Notes: generated by a model not told the origin, from the sequence alone. 61,791 bases of DNA, filler included, from Globobulimina sp. (GCA_003354225.1; 21 parts of 21 records of this genome joined end to end with filler, not necessarily neighbours in it), one strand, 5' to 3'; positions 22,414 to 35,376 are shown, counted from the whole stretch's first letter. Made by a program: numbers and translations.

Positions 22414-23488
22414 CACTCGGAACTTATTTTGAGATTTGTGAAATAGGATTGTGAAATGCAGGAAAATTAATATTGGATTATCTTCAAGAATATTGACTTT
22501 TATGTAAAATCGTCTTTGCAGTTATTCTTAGAATATTTTTTTGCATACTTGTATATTTTTTATTTTTGCGGGGGAGCAAACCTGCTCTTTTTAAAATCAT
22601 CCTCAATCATCCTCAAATTCACTGTTTTTTTGAAAATTGCTATTTCGACTCAAGCACCACCATAATTTCGTAACTTTGAGTCAACAGTCGACAATCAACA
22701 CAAGCAAACAATCAACACAATCAACTCAATCAACACAAGCAAACAACACAATCACACAATCTATACTAAGACATAAATTCTTTTTCTTGCTCTTGATTCA
22801 ATTTCTTTCCATCGCATTCAATTTTATATCATCATCATACAATGCTGCTTTGTTTATATAATTATTACTATTCTTACCATATAACTCTTGTTTTCTATCA
22901 ACAATGAAATAATAATACACACAGTTTAATACACCATTATTAAATTAACAACAGATTCAACTAATTCACATATAATCTACAATCATTCGTTTATTCTATA
23001 TTCTTTTATTGAACAATTAATCATATTTTTAATACACCCAGTTTAATACACAAATGACAAATCTGTTCCAACATCCAATACAACATTTGGTTGGGGTAAA
23101 ATATCATTTGGTTGGGATACAATCATACAATATCGTTTAACTCATTCCATTAAACGCTTGCCTTTGATTTCTTCGTGCAACATATGGTGCAGAAGGTCGA
23201 CTATTGTTGGCACGTGCACGGAGGTTGTAAACATGACTGTAAGCCATGATTTGACTGAAAAAAAAAAGCTAGAAAAATGAGGATGATTGAGGATGATCGA
23301 TTTTCTAAATTTCATACACGTGCTCAACCTGCAAGCTCAAACCAAAAAAAAAGGCAGGAAGTAATAGTAGATGATATTATTAGATCATGTGCCAAATATT
23401 AACTCGATAGCGCAAAGTTATGGTATAGCTGATAATTATGGTAAATTACACAATCCTATTTCACAAATCTCAAAACAAGTTCCTAGTG
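22414..23488. mobile_element. Non-autonomous DNA transposon (MITE-like) with 40-bp terminal inverted repeats
   Basis: 22414-22453 (CACTCGGAACTTATTTTGAGATTTGTGAAATAGGATTGTG) matches the reverse complement of 23449-23488 (CACTAGGAACTTGTTTTGAG...) with 2 mismatches. Internal inverted ATCATCCTCAATCATCCTCA at about 22595 and 23278. No long ORF. Confidence 0.75.
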
Positions 23489-23588
23489 NNNNNNNNNNNN
23501 NNNNNNNNNNNNNNNNNNNNNNNNNNNNNNNNTTAATTAATTAANNNNNNNNNNNNNNNNNNNNNNNNNNNNNNNNNNNNNNNNNNNN

Positions 23589-26031
23589 TCACATTTTATG
23601 CATTTAGCCGGCTAACCAAAGGTTTACCCAATTCATTTTTTGTGAGGATTAAAGCATTGAAAGATACGTTTATGTACAGTGTAATATTTACAATCTATTT
23701 TTTTATCGTTGGTCTTTGTTATTTTATAACTTGGGAACGGCGCATTGATCCGCAGCATGATACATTATGGTACAGATTCTATGCGATCTCATCCTCGTTA
23801 TTAGGAGCTATGGATTGTATTGTTTGGGTATCGAGGAAATGCAACTCCATAAATAAAGTATATTTCAATGAGTTTGAGTTCTTGTCTTCCAAACATGACC
23901 AAACTGCCATCGATATAAAACACCCGAATAAATCGCAAGGACTATCTGTCAAACATCAGCATCAAAGATCAGATTCCAGCGCCAGTTCGCATACATTAGA
24001 GCTATTACAAAATAGCGAGATAAATGACACTAAATCAGTGAAAATGCGGGAATCAAAGTCGCAATTCGAGCCGCCGACGCATAGCAAAAGCAGGAGTCGA
24101 TTTTCTTCGAATAAGACCAAATCCTCTCTTCAACCGGCATTGCCACACACAGTGTTCAACGAATTGGCCACAGAAACTGACAACGAGTCTGACGATGATG
24201 CTGCGTCTAAAATAAAAAAACAAAGTGTTTCTAGAATGCAGTGCTGCAAACGACTATTTTCGAGGTTTGGTGTGAAACAACAAAGTAACTCAGCTATGAT
24301 TAATAAAGCATTGAGGAGGGAGGTTGTGGCATATACTACGGATGGAATTGCCCAGTCTGTGGGTAAAGCAGCAAAGCTACCAACGAAAATTGACAGATTT
24401 GAAGATATCAAAGAGTTTTATTACCCGCTGCATATGCATGACCATAATGTTATGGCCATCAAACAGTTTAAAATCGGTATAAGACACAATATTACATTGC
24501 TAAATACAGCGAATAACTATGGCGATAAGATTAATATGCGATTTTGTTGCTGTTTTCGTATGGATAATAATGAAATAAGTATCAGTTTATCGCATCCGAG
24601 GGCTGATTCAATCATTCATGATTCGAACATTGTCACTGAAAATTCAAACTTGTTGTCATCGACATACAAATCGCGTGGCAATAGAAAAAAAGCGCGGCTC
24701 TTTACTGATTATGCACCCTTAATATTTGCTTATATTCGACAGAAAATATTGTGTATAAGTTATGACATTTGTATTTGGATTGTTTTTTTTGTAATGGACT
24801 TGCGGTCCTTTTTGACGTACACTATACAGGCGACGATGATTATATTTCCTCCATAATTCCAACAAACGAAGAGGACCAATTAAAAGTATTGGATGTGAAA
24901 TACGGCGAAGGTAAATCCGGTGCCTTCTTTTATTTTACGTGGGATTCCCGCTTCATTGTCAAAACTGTGTCGAAGAAAGAGGTTAAATACTTATTATCTT
25001 TCCTACCAAGTTATGTCTCGCATTTGCAACATAATCGAAACACCACAATCTCGCGTATTGTGGGCATCCATTCGTGCAAATTCTACAACATTGTCAAGCA
25101 TTTTATTGTGATGGAGAATGTGTTTATTGGTGAATTGAAACCAAATGAGATCTATGACCTGAAGGGGAGCTGGGAAGGGAGGTACACAAAACATGGCGTA
25201 CATTCCGGCAAAGTGATGAAAGATTTGGATTTGAAAAGATATATAATTTTGAATAAAAAAGAAAGGATGAAAATAATAAAACAACTTGAGATTGATACGC
25301 AGTTTCTGTGCGAGAATAATATTATGGATTACTCCATGTTGCTGGGAATATATTATATGAAGATCACTTATAAAGATCGCTATAATAAAAGCTATGATGA
25401 CAATGACGAAGATGAGTTAAAATATGGTCAGTATTTGGAGCATGAAGGTGATATATACGGCGGTGTTCGGGCATCGTTGATTGAAGGCCCCGGGATTTAT
25501 TACTTTGGAATTATTGATGCTCTGCAAAAATATACCTTTCGTAAAAGATTAGAAACGTGTTTTAGACGATGGATTCAAAGGAAAAGCGTGAAGGGGATCA
25601 GTTGTGTCGATGCAGTGTTGTATAAGAAACGTTTTATGAAATATATGAAATCTATTATAATCAGTGACGATAAGTATTATAGACAGTTAAATTTAAGTAC
25701 CAATAGGTTTGGTGACGAAAATGTGTTGATATATCCACCACGAAAATTGTTGTATCATAATATGCAAATAATGAGACAGAAGAGGACAATGTCAATGGCT
25801 CCGGTTGTATGCGCGCATAATGAACATAATGACAGGATTGTGAGAATAAGCGCGTTTGATCAAACCGTAATGGATAATACAATATATAGTGAAAATGAAG
25901 AAGATGGGATGGATGAAGAACATGTGGCAATTACAAAGGTGGAGGAACAGATTTTAAATGATATAATTGATATTCGGTTATCAAAATCAAAAAGTCAAGT
26001 TGCGAAACAAAATAAATATAAAACAAAATAA
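23589..26031 (+). CDS. GPCR-PIPK: transmembrane region fused to a phosphatidylinositol-phosphate kinase, 5'-partial, 2 exons visible
   Basis: Two TM helices, then the LR-x9-GI linker (LRREVVAYTTDGI). After an intron at about 24759-24828 following FTDYAPLIF come GKSGAFFYFT.DSRFIVKT, MENVF, YDLKGS, KDLDL, IMDYSMLLGI and GIIDALQKY. Confidence 0.85.
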
Positions 26032-26535
26032 TTATATTTAATTATTATAAGCTTATTGTGCACGCACTTAATTATTATATTGTACTAGCATTATTTTTCT
26101 GATTTTAATTAAATTATACGTTAAGGTAATACTGTATAAACAAACCATGAATGTCAATGACATATATCGTTTTAACGAATCCGATCAATAACTTGCTGTC
26201 GGACTTAGTAAGACTCCTATCATGTTTCAGTGATGACGTTGAAAACATGATGCTATTTGTATTAGCGTATTTTAGTAGTTGTTTATAATTGTAGTTGTTT
26301 ATAATTGTAGTAGTATACAACTGTGAAAAACAGTATATTTTCAGGTTTATATTTGAACATACTAACAAGGCGTTAAATGGGAAAAATCAAGGAAATATCA
26401 AATATTATATTATATATCTGTTTAACATAAGTATTNNNNNNNNNNNNNNNNNNNNNNNNNNNNNNNNNNNNNNNNNNNNTTAATTAATTAANNNNNNNNN
26501 NNNNNNNNNNNNNNNNNNNNNNNNNNNNNNNNNNN

Positions 26536-28462
26536 AGAGAGAGAGACCGCAGTGAGGTAGGGATCGGTGGACATCGTTGCGTGGCAAAAACAATTAGCAG
26601 AATTAGGCGATGTCGATGCTGACAACGTAAGGGATGACTCCACACAAACTGTCCTCCAACGACTCAATAACAAGAAAATAAGACAAGAATTGGAAGCAAA
26701 GATACGTGCGCAGAAAAAAGCAGATTACGAATCGAATGTAGACAAAGCGGCAGAATTACACTCTCTCACTTTAGTTAAGAATGTGGGTAACATTGAGAGA
26801 GAGGTCAGGAATGCGGTGGATTCATCAAATAAAGCCGCATTGGCACCGGGTTTAGACTTTTTTCATCCGGGTATTGATGATAAAACTGATCAAATTTATT
26901 CAGAAGAGATAGTCAAGAAATACAGTGGCGGCAAAGTGATGGACAAAGATATCCAAAAATATGTAATGAACAGTATGTAATGTGTTTTGTGTGTGTTATG
27001 TCTCCTTTTTGTATTCTTTTCAGTCATCGTTTGACTGTTTCACTGGTGTGTACGTACTAGAATTTTCTAGAAATTATCGTTTTTAATTAGTCAGCAAATT
27101 TTATGTATCATTGTTTACATTTTTTATCCATTATAACAATTTATCATTAATCATTATTCGTATTCAGATATGATTTTGTATGAGAAATATAAGAAAGAAA
27201 TGGCAGAGTTAGACAAAGAAGCGACGGGAAACGTATCCAACGCCAAGAAGATATTTGCAAGAATTGCATTTTTTGATCTATGTACGGAAGGAGGCGCCGA
27301 CATAATGAGTTTATTGAGATATTTTGCATTATGCGGTGAGCTGAATTGGAGTAAATCACATTTTAATATTGATGCATGCATTAAATCATTCTTAAAATTA
27401 GAAGACGCGCCATATAAATTCATCCGAATGGTAGGCGATGCCATCAACACTCTCTCCGATGAACATAAGAAACGAGGCACATCCACCAAATCCATCAAAA
27501 TTAGTATTTATTTATACATTCAGGCAATTCAATGGAAGGAATTCGGTCGTTTTATTGACAACAATCTACGACAACACTTACGTGGCGAGAATGGAATGAA
27601 AGCGCTCAATTATTTATTATTACAACGCAGGAAAGCATTTCGAGCGAACGGCAGCTCGGTTTTAGAAGCAGTAAACAGCAAATTATTTTACAACACGTGG
27701 AAAATGGAAGTAATGGCGAAAGAGCATGAAAATACCGTAGAAACTCGCACTTTCAACAACTCGATAGGCAAAATAAGCAAATCCAACGCCCCAAACAAGA
27801 AAAATCACAATGATGACAACTCCAACTCCCACACAGATAACAATGGATACGCTCCGCACAGAACAAGCTATGGTAATCGCCGGAGGTATCCACGGAGATT
27901 CAATTCCTTTCGTGGTGATTTCGGAGGAGGAAGACAGCGAGGAACGCGCTCTCGAAACAACACCCAACAAAATTACAACAACAACCGCAATTATGGAGCA
28001 CGACAAATGAACGGCTATCAAAATATGGGATTTACTCAAAGTCCGCAACAAACACAACAACCACATTTGAGCCATTATTCGCACACAACACAACCACCAA
28101 TTCATCCAAAACCACAAATGCCACAAAGAAGAGATACATATCGTCGCGACTTCAGATCCACTCCTTTGCCAAAAAGAGGTAAAAGCAATGATTCGCACAT
28201 TCCATTAGGTCTTCGTGGACGACCTACGAATGCAAAGAAATTGGCGGTGTACAAGAATGAGAATGGGCGCTTATTTGGTGGACCTGAGCTAAGTCTACAT
28301 ATTTGTAGACATAATGAGAGAGGTAATTGTTATTTTGCTAATGACCATGCAAAATGCGATTATCATCACATGTGTAGACATTGTTACGTTGTCAATGAAC
28401 ACACAAGTGACAATTGCAAGAGTTTGAGTCGTGGGAACATCCATGGATATGGTGGCAGATAG
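26536..28462 (+). mobile_element. Gag-like ORF1 of a DIRS/Ngaro-type retrotransposon with one intron (26973-27167), 5'-partial
   Basis: C-terminal Cys/His knuckle ICRHNERGNC...CDYHHMCRHC....HTSDNC follows an R/G/N-rich region. A GTATGT...TTCAG intron joins ORFs 26567 and 27170 in frame. Confidence 0.65.
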
Positions 28463-29257
28463 GAACGATTCAGAACAAACTTATTCTATTCACAATTATT
28501 TACATTTATTTTAATATCCCTTATGTTTATATCCTATATTTTAATTTGATAAATCATTGCATGATTTTGATTGATCAATACATTATTATATAATGCATTG
28601 AATATATTTGTATATCTCTGTCACATATCTCCGTATTAGAAATTAATGTACTTTATCTTGTGTATTATATTAGTTGAATTAGTTTAAATTTTATATTTCT
28701 TATTTTATCGTTCAAACTTTACGGCAAAAACAAGTTTTTCAAGTCACTTCAACATTTTTGAGTGTGCACCTTACTTTTATCAGGAGAACGACAATTGGAG
28801 AAAGTGGTAAATCAATATAGCACACTAACATTGATTTGATTTATAACACTCGTTCTCGCATCACAGGACAATTTATGGTATCATTGTCACAAACATATTT
28901 ATTGCAAATATATTTCAACAGTCGTATAAAAGTACACATGTGTTTCCGAATACATATGCTGTATAATGAATTATTGTCATTCATATTATAGCATTATTAC
29001 AGTTATAATTAAACAGATTTGGTATTATCTGTATACTATTTAATACTTGGGGTATGATTCCTGCTCCATTGTTATTACAATAATCGTTTTATTATAATAA
29101 TAAATCATCATGAATTTGGGTATTTGTTCTTTATCCATCAATGAAACCAGTGACATTGAGAAAACAAGAACAATTTTGTGCACATCGAACGTGTTTCTGT
29201 ATAACCTTTCTATAATTTGCATATCTATTAATTTTTATACATTTACAACTGATATAA

Positions 29258-29382
29258 CTTACATGTGATTGCAAAGAATTGAATACAAATCCGACAATTT
29301 GGAATTTATTTTTATGGGATGTTGTACGCAAACGCTTGCAATTAGCTTTAGATCAATTTCGATATCAACTACCAAAATATCT
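29258..29382 (+). mobile_element. Start of retrotransposon pol ORF (paralogue of 38932-40812), 3'-partial
   Basis: Translates to LNTNPTIWNLFLWDVVRKRLQLALDQFRYQLPKY, which aligns with LYTNPTIWNNFLWDLVQHRVNNALSSFKYIKPKY at the start of the RT ORF on contig 14. Confidence 0.75.
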
Positions 29383-29482
29383 NNNNNNNNNNNNNNNNNN
29401 NNNNNNNNNNNNNNNNNNNNNNNNNNTTAATTAATTAANNNNNNNNNNNNNNNNNNNNNNNNNNNNNNNNNNNNNNNNNNNN

Positions 29483-31422
29483 ATCGTACACCATACCATT
29501 TACCAAATCATTAGGTTGAATAAACAGATTACAAATATTAATTTAACGGATATTATTATGTTGTATGAAGCGCCGAGATGGAGTTTGTTAGCGAGAGCAG
29601 AAAGGAACATATTCGAAGTTCCGGTTGGCTTTCAAATTGGCACTAATTTTGATATCAAAGACAAAGTTAATAATAAATGGTATCATGGCCAGATTGTGCA
29701 ACTTTGTCATGTTTCACAATGGAAAGAGAAGGAAATGCGGAATCGAATATATATTTTCTATGAGGAAAAATCCGCGAAAAAAGTGGGGAAAAAAGTGGAA
29801 AGTCAAAGTGATTTGCGATGTTTATGGAAAATGAAGATACATTTTGTTGGATGGAAGTCGATTTGGGACGAATGGATCGATTGTAATGACGATGTACGTA
29901 TAAATAAAGTAGGTACACATTGTAAAGATGTTGCGTCAGAAATAAAATACCCACGAATATATCCAGCCATTCCCTATCATGTAATTAGCATAAAATGCTT
30001 ACACCGCCGAATTGTGGCCACAAAGGCAACGTTTTGGGATGGCCGCGGATATCAATTACGCATCTTTGGCACACCGTTGTTACTATTTTTGCCCCGCGAT
30101 GGCTTCAATGCGTCTGAATTGTATCACTATATTTGGAATTTTATACAATTGCGATATTTAAATCAACATAACACATTTTTTACATCCAACACAAAGCAGA
30201 ACAATGGCCATGGCGAATACGATATGTTTAATGCGATTACAAATGCATATATTCACATATTTGGTGGTAATATATTTAACGATAAAAATCTAAATAATAT
30301 ATGTCCGCCGTTTGTGTTGCGGAGAGTGGACAAATTTGGCGCAAAATGTTCACAAAGCAGTTGGGATCAATATAGCATTGGCACTGTGATTGAATTAAAT
30401 AATAAAACTTTGGAGTTAACTGACGAGGAATATGTTGCTATCGATTGGAATGAAGAGTTTTTTAAAACGTTTTTCATAAATATTGAGCAGAAAGAAAGTG
30501 CGAAGAAACTGGCAGAGAATAAAAGTACTTCGTTTTTAAACAGTCAGTCCTTACTTTTTGATGAATTTTTGGACGACGAGACCGTGATTAAACATTTCGC
30601 GCAATTTAGCAAACCCATATCAATCGGTGACTGCATCCGTGAGTTTCAAAAAGAAGAAAAACTGAGCGAATATTTTTGCGAGAAATGTCAGAAAAAAATC
30701 GATGCCACAAAATCGTTGCGATCTGGTCCACGCCCCCGATCTTAATATTTCATTTTAAACGGACTGGCAATTTCCGACGAAAAATTTCTACGAATGTCGA
30801 ATATTTATTGAATAATTTCGATGTGTCTCCGTTTTTAGTCTCGCGAACTATAAAAGATGCGGAGGAAAAAGAGGAGGATGCCACAGTCACAGAAGAAGAG
30901 GAAAAAAGAGAATTAAATGAAGAATGGCCGAGGTTTCCGGTGGCTTCCTCTAAACAGACACATTATAATTTATTCAGTGCCATTAACCATTATGGGGCTG
31001 CCGGTGCTGGCCATTACATTGCAAATTGTTTGTGTAAAGATATCAAATCGAAGGAGAATGAGGAGAATAAGAATGAAGATGAAAATGGAATACATTCGGC
31101 ATTGAAATGGTATCTATTTGATGACCATCGAGTGACCACAGTGTCTCCATTGGACGTGAAATCTAAAAATGCGTATTTATTATTTTATATTCGATCAGAT
31201 ATTCAAGAATTATTTGTGCAGCATTTAGTGGATAAATCAGCAAATCATAGTGATAAAGAGAAACTATTTGATATTCATCATATTGATCCGGATAAACATT
31301 TTCAATTTTTACCGCAGAATGTTCGCCAATTAATTGGTCAGACATTAAGCACACAACAAGTCAAATTATTAAATTCTGAGGGAGTCGAAACCAGAACAAT
31401 CAACCACTGCATTCTTTTATGA
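29483..31422 (+). CDS. Ubiquitin-specific protease (USP, C19 family) C-terminal part, with a frameshift near 30718
   Basis: ISIGDCIREFQKEEKL...CEKC...ATKSL switches frame to IWSTPPILIFHFKR. His box YNLFSAINHYG..GAGHYIA, WYLFDD and NAYLLFY. KIHFVGW..IWDEWI is a chromo/agenet-like insert. Confidence 0.85.
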
Positions 31423-31703
31423 CATGATTTCTCTTTTTTTTGATCGATTGTTTGTAAATTATTAATACAAGACTTGTCTTTAATGTGTTCGTTTTTTGCA
31501 TGTGCCCTATTTTTGTGTTGAAACTCAGCTTAAAAAAAACTTGTGCTCAAAATAACAGGCTCAATAATCTGAAAATGAAAGTGATTTATGATGTGTAAGG
31601 ATTATGGAAGCTGATAACATGAATTTCATAATCCATTAAAGAAACAATCGAAAATTACGTCAGTTACACAATAATTTGAACAGATAAAAAAAACAAAACA
31701 ATA

Positions 31704-32329
31704 ATGTCCGACATGGATATTCTAGCAAACAACCAAGAAAATATTGAAAATAAAGAATTAAATGAAGATGTATTGGGTGAAAATGAATGGTTCGAATCCT
31801 CGCATCCATTGTTATCGCGAATGCAAATTGCATTGAACAAACGTTTAAATCGACAATTGTCCCGCTTAAATATATCAAGTTTAGAGAAAGAACGCGATTT
31901 ACATTTATTAAATGAAGAACGTGAGAATGTCGGCGTAGAATTATACCACAAACAAAAAGAATTAGTTTCCGAACAAATTGCTTTAGAAAAAATAAATAAT
32001 AAATATGACGAAGTCCGCACTGAAAGAATTGGATCAGATTCGGGTTTGGATGAATTACGAAACAAATATAAGAAATTAAATATTGATAAAACATTGCAAA
32101 ATAAAAAATATCTGTCATCGCGACAAGAATTCGATTCATTAAATTCTTCGTTGAAACATATTATTGACTACGAGTCGTCGATGAAAAAAGAAATATTAAA
32201 TCAACGACGATCAGCCTATGCGAGTGAGGAAATTATGCAAGAATTAGAATCTTCCAAAATCAAACAAGACTTATTAATCAATCATTTATCATCGAAAATA
32301 CATTCATTTAAATCGCAAATTGAAATGTA
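31704..32329 (+). CDS. CCDC40: CCDC40-like axonemal coiled-coil protein, 3'-partial
   Basis: HPLLSRMQIAL...ERENVGVELY..QKEL and KQDLLINHL match the CCDC40/FAP172 N-terminal coiled-coil pattern. Confidence 0.65.
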
Positions 32330-32429
32330 NNNNNNNNNNNNNNNNNNNNNNNNNNNNNNNNNNNNNNNNNNNNTTAATTAATTAANNNNNNNNNNNNNNN
32401 NNNNNNNNNNNNNNNNNNNNNNNNNNNNN

Positions 32430-33376
32430 ATTGCAATTCTTCTCGTAGTCCAACACGGTTCGGTGGTAAAACCATATTGCGATTCTTCATTTAATTCGCC
32501 AAAGTGTTTCGACATCCAAATCGACTCTGAATGTTTCCATATTTGTTCCTTTGTTTTGGGCTCACATTTTGTGATTAAATCCAATTTGACAGTCAATAGC
32601 TGCCCAATGCAATAAATTAATGATAATGATAACAACAAGAAACACAAAATTAACATTACAATTCTACTCCAAAACATTCCACTCGTCAATAATTTGTACC
32701 ATTTATGTTTGAAATAGTTATTTTGAGCGGTGCTTTGATATAAATTAAGGTTGTAATCATTCATTGCATCAATTTGCTTTGACGCTACATTTGGACGAGA
32801 AATATAATCAGCACTGTCATTATCAGCGCAGTCATCATTCTCTGCGGCAACTTTTACGTTTGATGTTGCATTTTTTGTATCGATATCAGTGATGGCATCG
32901 CTATCCATCTGTAAATTTGTTGGTATTTTACGTAATTTTAAATTCGAAGCATTTATCATTTCCTGATTTGGATCCGTATCACTTGAACCATCGCTAGAAT
33001 CAGAACCAGAATCTCCAATTGCTACACCTGCTGTATTTGAATGAGAATAAAAGGATTGATGTGAAGCTTGTGCTGCACTCGATTTATTTGAATTTTGTAC
33101 ACTTTGATTTGGTGAAAGTGAATTTAATGAGGACGTAGCATGGAGTTTGAGTTTAAGTGAATCAACGGCGGAATTTGTGAGTGTAGATGGCTGTAATTTT
33201 AATGAATGTGTTGTTGTAACTTGCGAAGTTATTAGTTCGTCTGTGCCAATTGTTTGTAATTTTATTTCATTGTAATTAATTTTTGATTTATCATCGTTAT
33301 CACCAATAATTTCAGCTAATTGTAATTGTGCGTCATTTGATTCTCCAGCTGGCTGACATTGTTTAAATTGTTCCAT
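32430..33376 (-). CDS. Hypothetical membrane protein, 3'-partial
   Basis: Ser-rich N-terminus followed by one TM helix (IVMLILCFLLLSLSLIYCIG). No family recognised. Confidence 0.5.
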
Positions 33377-33555
33377 TTGCGTTGGATGCTGATTCTGATT
33401 TATTTCACTGAAAGTTTTGTCAATTCGAAGAATTGGAGTCTTTCCTTTTAGGACCTATCTGATTGATACAATACACACACACACACACAATACAACAACT
33501 CAAAAGGCAAGCAAAATGACGAAAGAGTCAGTGTGGTCATCCCTAGTATGACATA

Positions 33556-34511
33556 ATGGGAAATGAAACCACAGTGCAGTTCGGAAACGACCACTTTGTT
33601 ATGAAATATGTATGTTTGGTGCTGGATCAGTGGGTAAATCCACTATCCTCAAAACTATAGAATCTGTGAAACAATGCACTGAAGATCGTGTTGGTAATAT
33701 GCCCATTAAATGGCGTTCAGCCTCAGAAGAAACCGCCATTATTCGTGCTAATTGCGTTGAAAATATGTACATGTTGTTATTATATGCGAGGAGGCAGAGT
33801 GACATATCTCTTCCTGAATTGCCACAATTATCTGATTATAAAAACGCAGTGCAAATAATTGAGGAATATATTACCGGACCGTCATGGTCTTTTGAGTCAA
33901 TGCAATTGGACTATGTTGGATTGCAATCACTAGGAAATGCAATAAATATGTTATGGAAAATGGATAAAATGCAAGACTTATTTAAGTTGCATATGTTGGG
34001 TAAATATTATATTCCATCAAATATGGATCATTTTTTCAATAAAATCCAACGTATAATGTCTAAATATTATATTCCATCAAAAGAGGATTACTTCAAATTA
34101 AGAGAGCGTACAACAGGCATTATACAGAGATATTATGCTGACGATAAAAACAACAGATTCTGTATTTCTGATTGCGGCGGACTGCGCGGAGAAAGAGCAA
34201 AATGGATCCATGTATTGAACAAATGTCGATGTATCATATTTGTGGTTGGCTTGGATCAGTTTTGTAAATGTTTATTTGAGGACGATGCCACTAATGCATT
34301 GTTGGAAAATATGCAAATATTTAAAGAGTTTTTGGAGTATAGATTTACCAGACATATGCAATTTGTTTTGTTTTTTAGCAAAATAGATTTGTTTAAGGAG
34401 TGTTTGAAAGCGACAGATTTAAGTATTTTGTATGGAGATAGGTGTGGAAGAATTAATTTTAACACAACCAGCTATCACATTGCGTTGAGAGACGGTATTG
34501 GAGCGACGTGA
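33556..34511 (+). CDS. Heterotrimeric G-protein alpha subunit, divergent or possibly a pseudogene
   Basis: MG start at 33556 with a one-base frameshift near 33604. G1 GAGSVGKST, G2 RERTTGI, G3 DCGGLRGER, KWIH, LFEDDATNAL, G4 FFSKIDLF. No G5 region is visible. Confidence 0.85.
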
Positions 34512-34839
34512 GATTGAAATTTTTGTGTTTCGTCTGTTAATTTCATATTGCTGGATTTTGACTTTTGAAATGTGTTTTGCGTTCTTTAATACCATTTGTT
34601 TGACCTTCCAAACGTTCAGCTATTATCGCAGGAAATTCCATGACATAGATGCGTTTGAATTTTGTATATAAATCCAAAATGCCATCGCAAATGCCATCGT
34701 GATGTGGATTTTTAAAAAGCTAATTGTTTTTACTTACTAACTCAAGCTGAATCCAGCTGCAATGTATTGCAAAGTTGAGATTGTTTGGTAGAAATGCATA
34801 ATGATACGAATATGAAGATCGATTGCAATATTTATTAAA

Positions 34840-35155
34840 GGAATATGGAAAAATAAGTAGAAGGACAAGTGGTCGTTGGTACCGGTGACGTGAAGGTGTT
34901 TGTTTAATTTATTTAAATATAATTTATCGTATTTTTATTTAATTTATCGTATTTGCGCAAAAATGCCGCAATTTTCTTTTGATATTATTGAATTGTCAAC
35001 AGTTTCTTAATTACTAAGGTGCAAGGATGCGCAAATACGATAAATTAAATAAATTATTTTTGTAAACGATCCTTGCAATTAACAAGACAACTTTCTTGAC
35101 CAATCATCTTTCAACACCTTGTCCCTTTCTATACATATTTCTTCCATATTCCCAT
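34840..35155. repeat. Nested inverted repeat (hairpin/MITE-like)
   Basis: TTTATTTAATTTATCGTATTTGCGCA (about 34934-34959) and its exact reverse complement (about 35028-35053), with looser outer arms GGAATATGGAA...AGGACAAG and CTTGTCC...TTCCATATTCC. Confidence 0.7.
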
Positions 35156-35376
35156 CACAAATTCCTTATATATATCCCAATTTCGCTGGGTTCGAACCAG
35201 ACAGAATGAATCTGTAATCCCTTGGGCCATTGATTGCAAAATATTTATGCGGATATGCGTATGATATGCGTATGATNNNNNNNNNNNNNNNNNNNNNNNN
35301 NNNNNNNNNNNNNNNNNNNNTTAATTAATTAANNNNNNNNNNNNNNNNNNNNNNNNNNNNNNNNNNNNNNNNNNNN

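Noticed and set aside
27504-27523. A 20-nt GT-AG mini-intron within the gag-like ORF
   Set aside because: Removing it would shift an otherwise open frame.
10459-33606. Recurrent single-base frameshifts (7TM-RGS near 10460, USP near 30718, G-alpha near 33604) as programmed frameshifting or an alternative genetic code
   Set aside because: There is no shared slippery motif, two of the three sit in homopolymer runs, and long ORFs elsewhere read normally with the standard code. Sequencing indels or pseudogenisation are simpler explanations.
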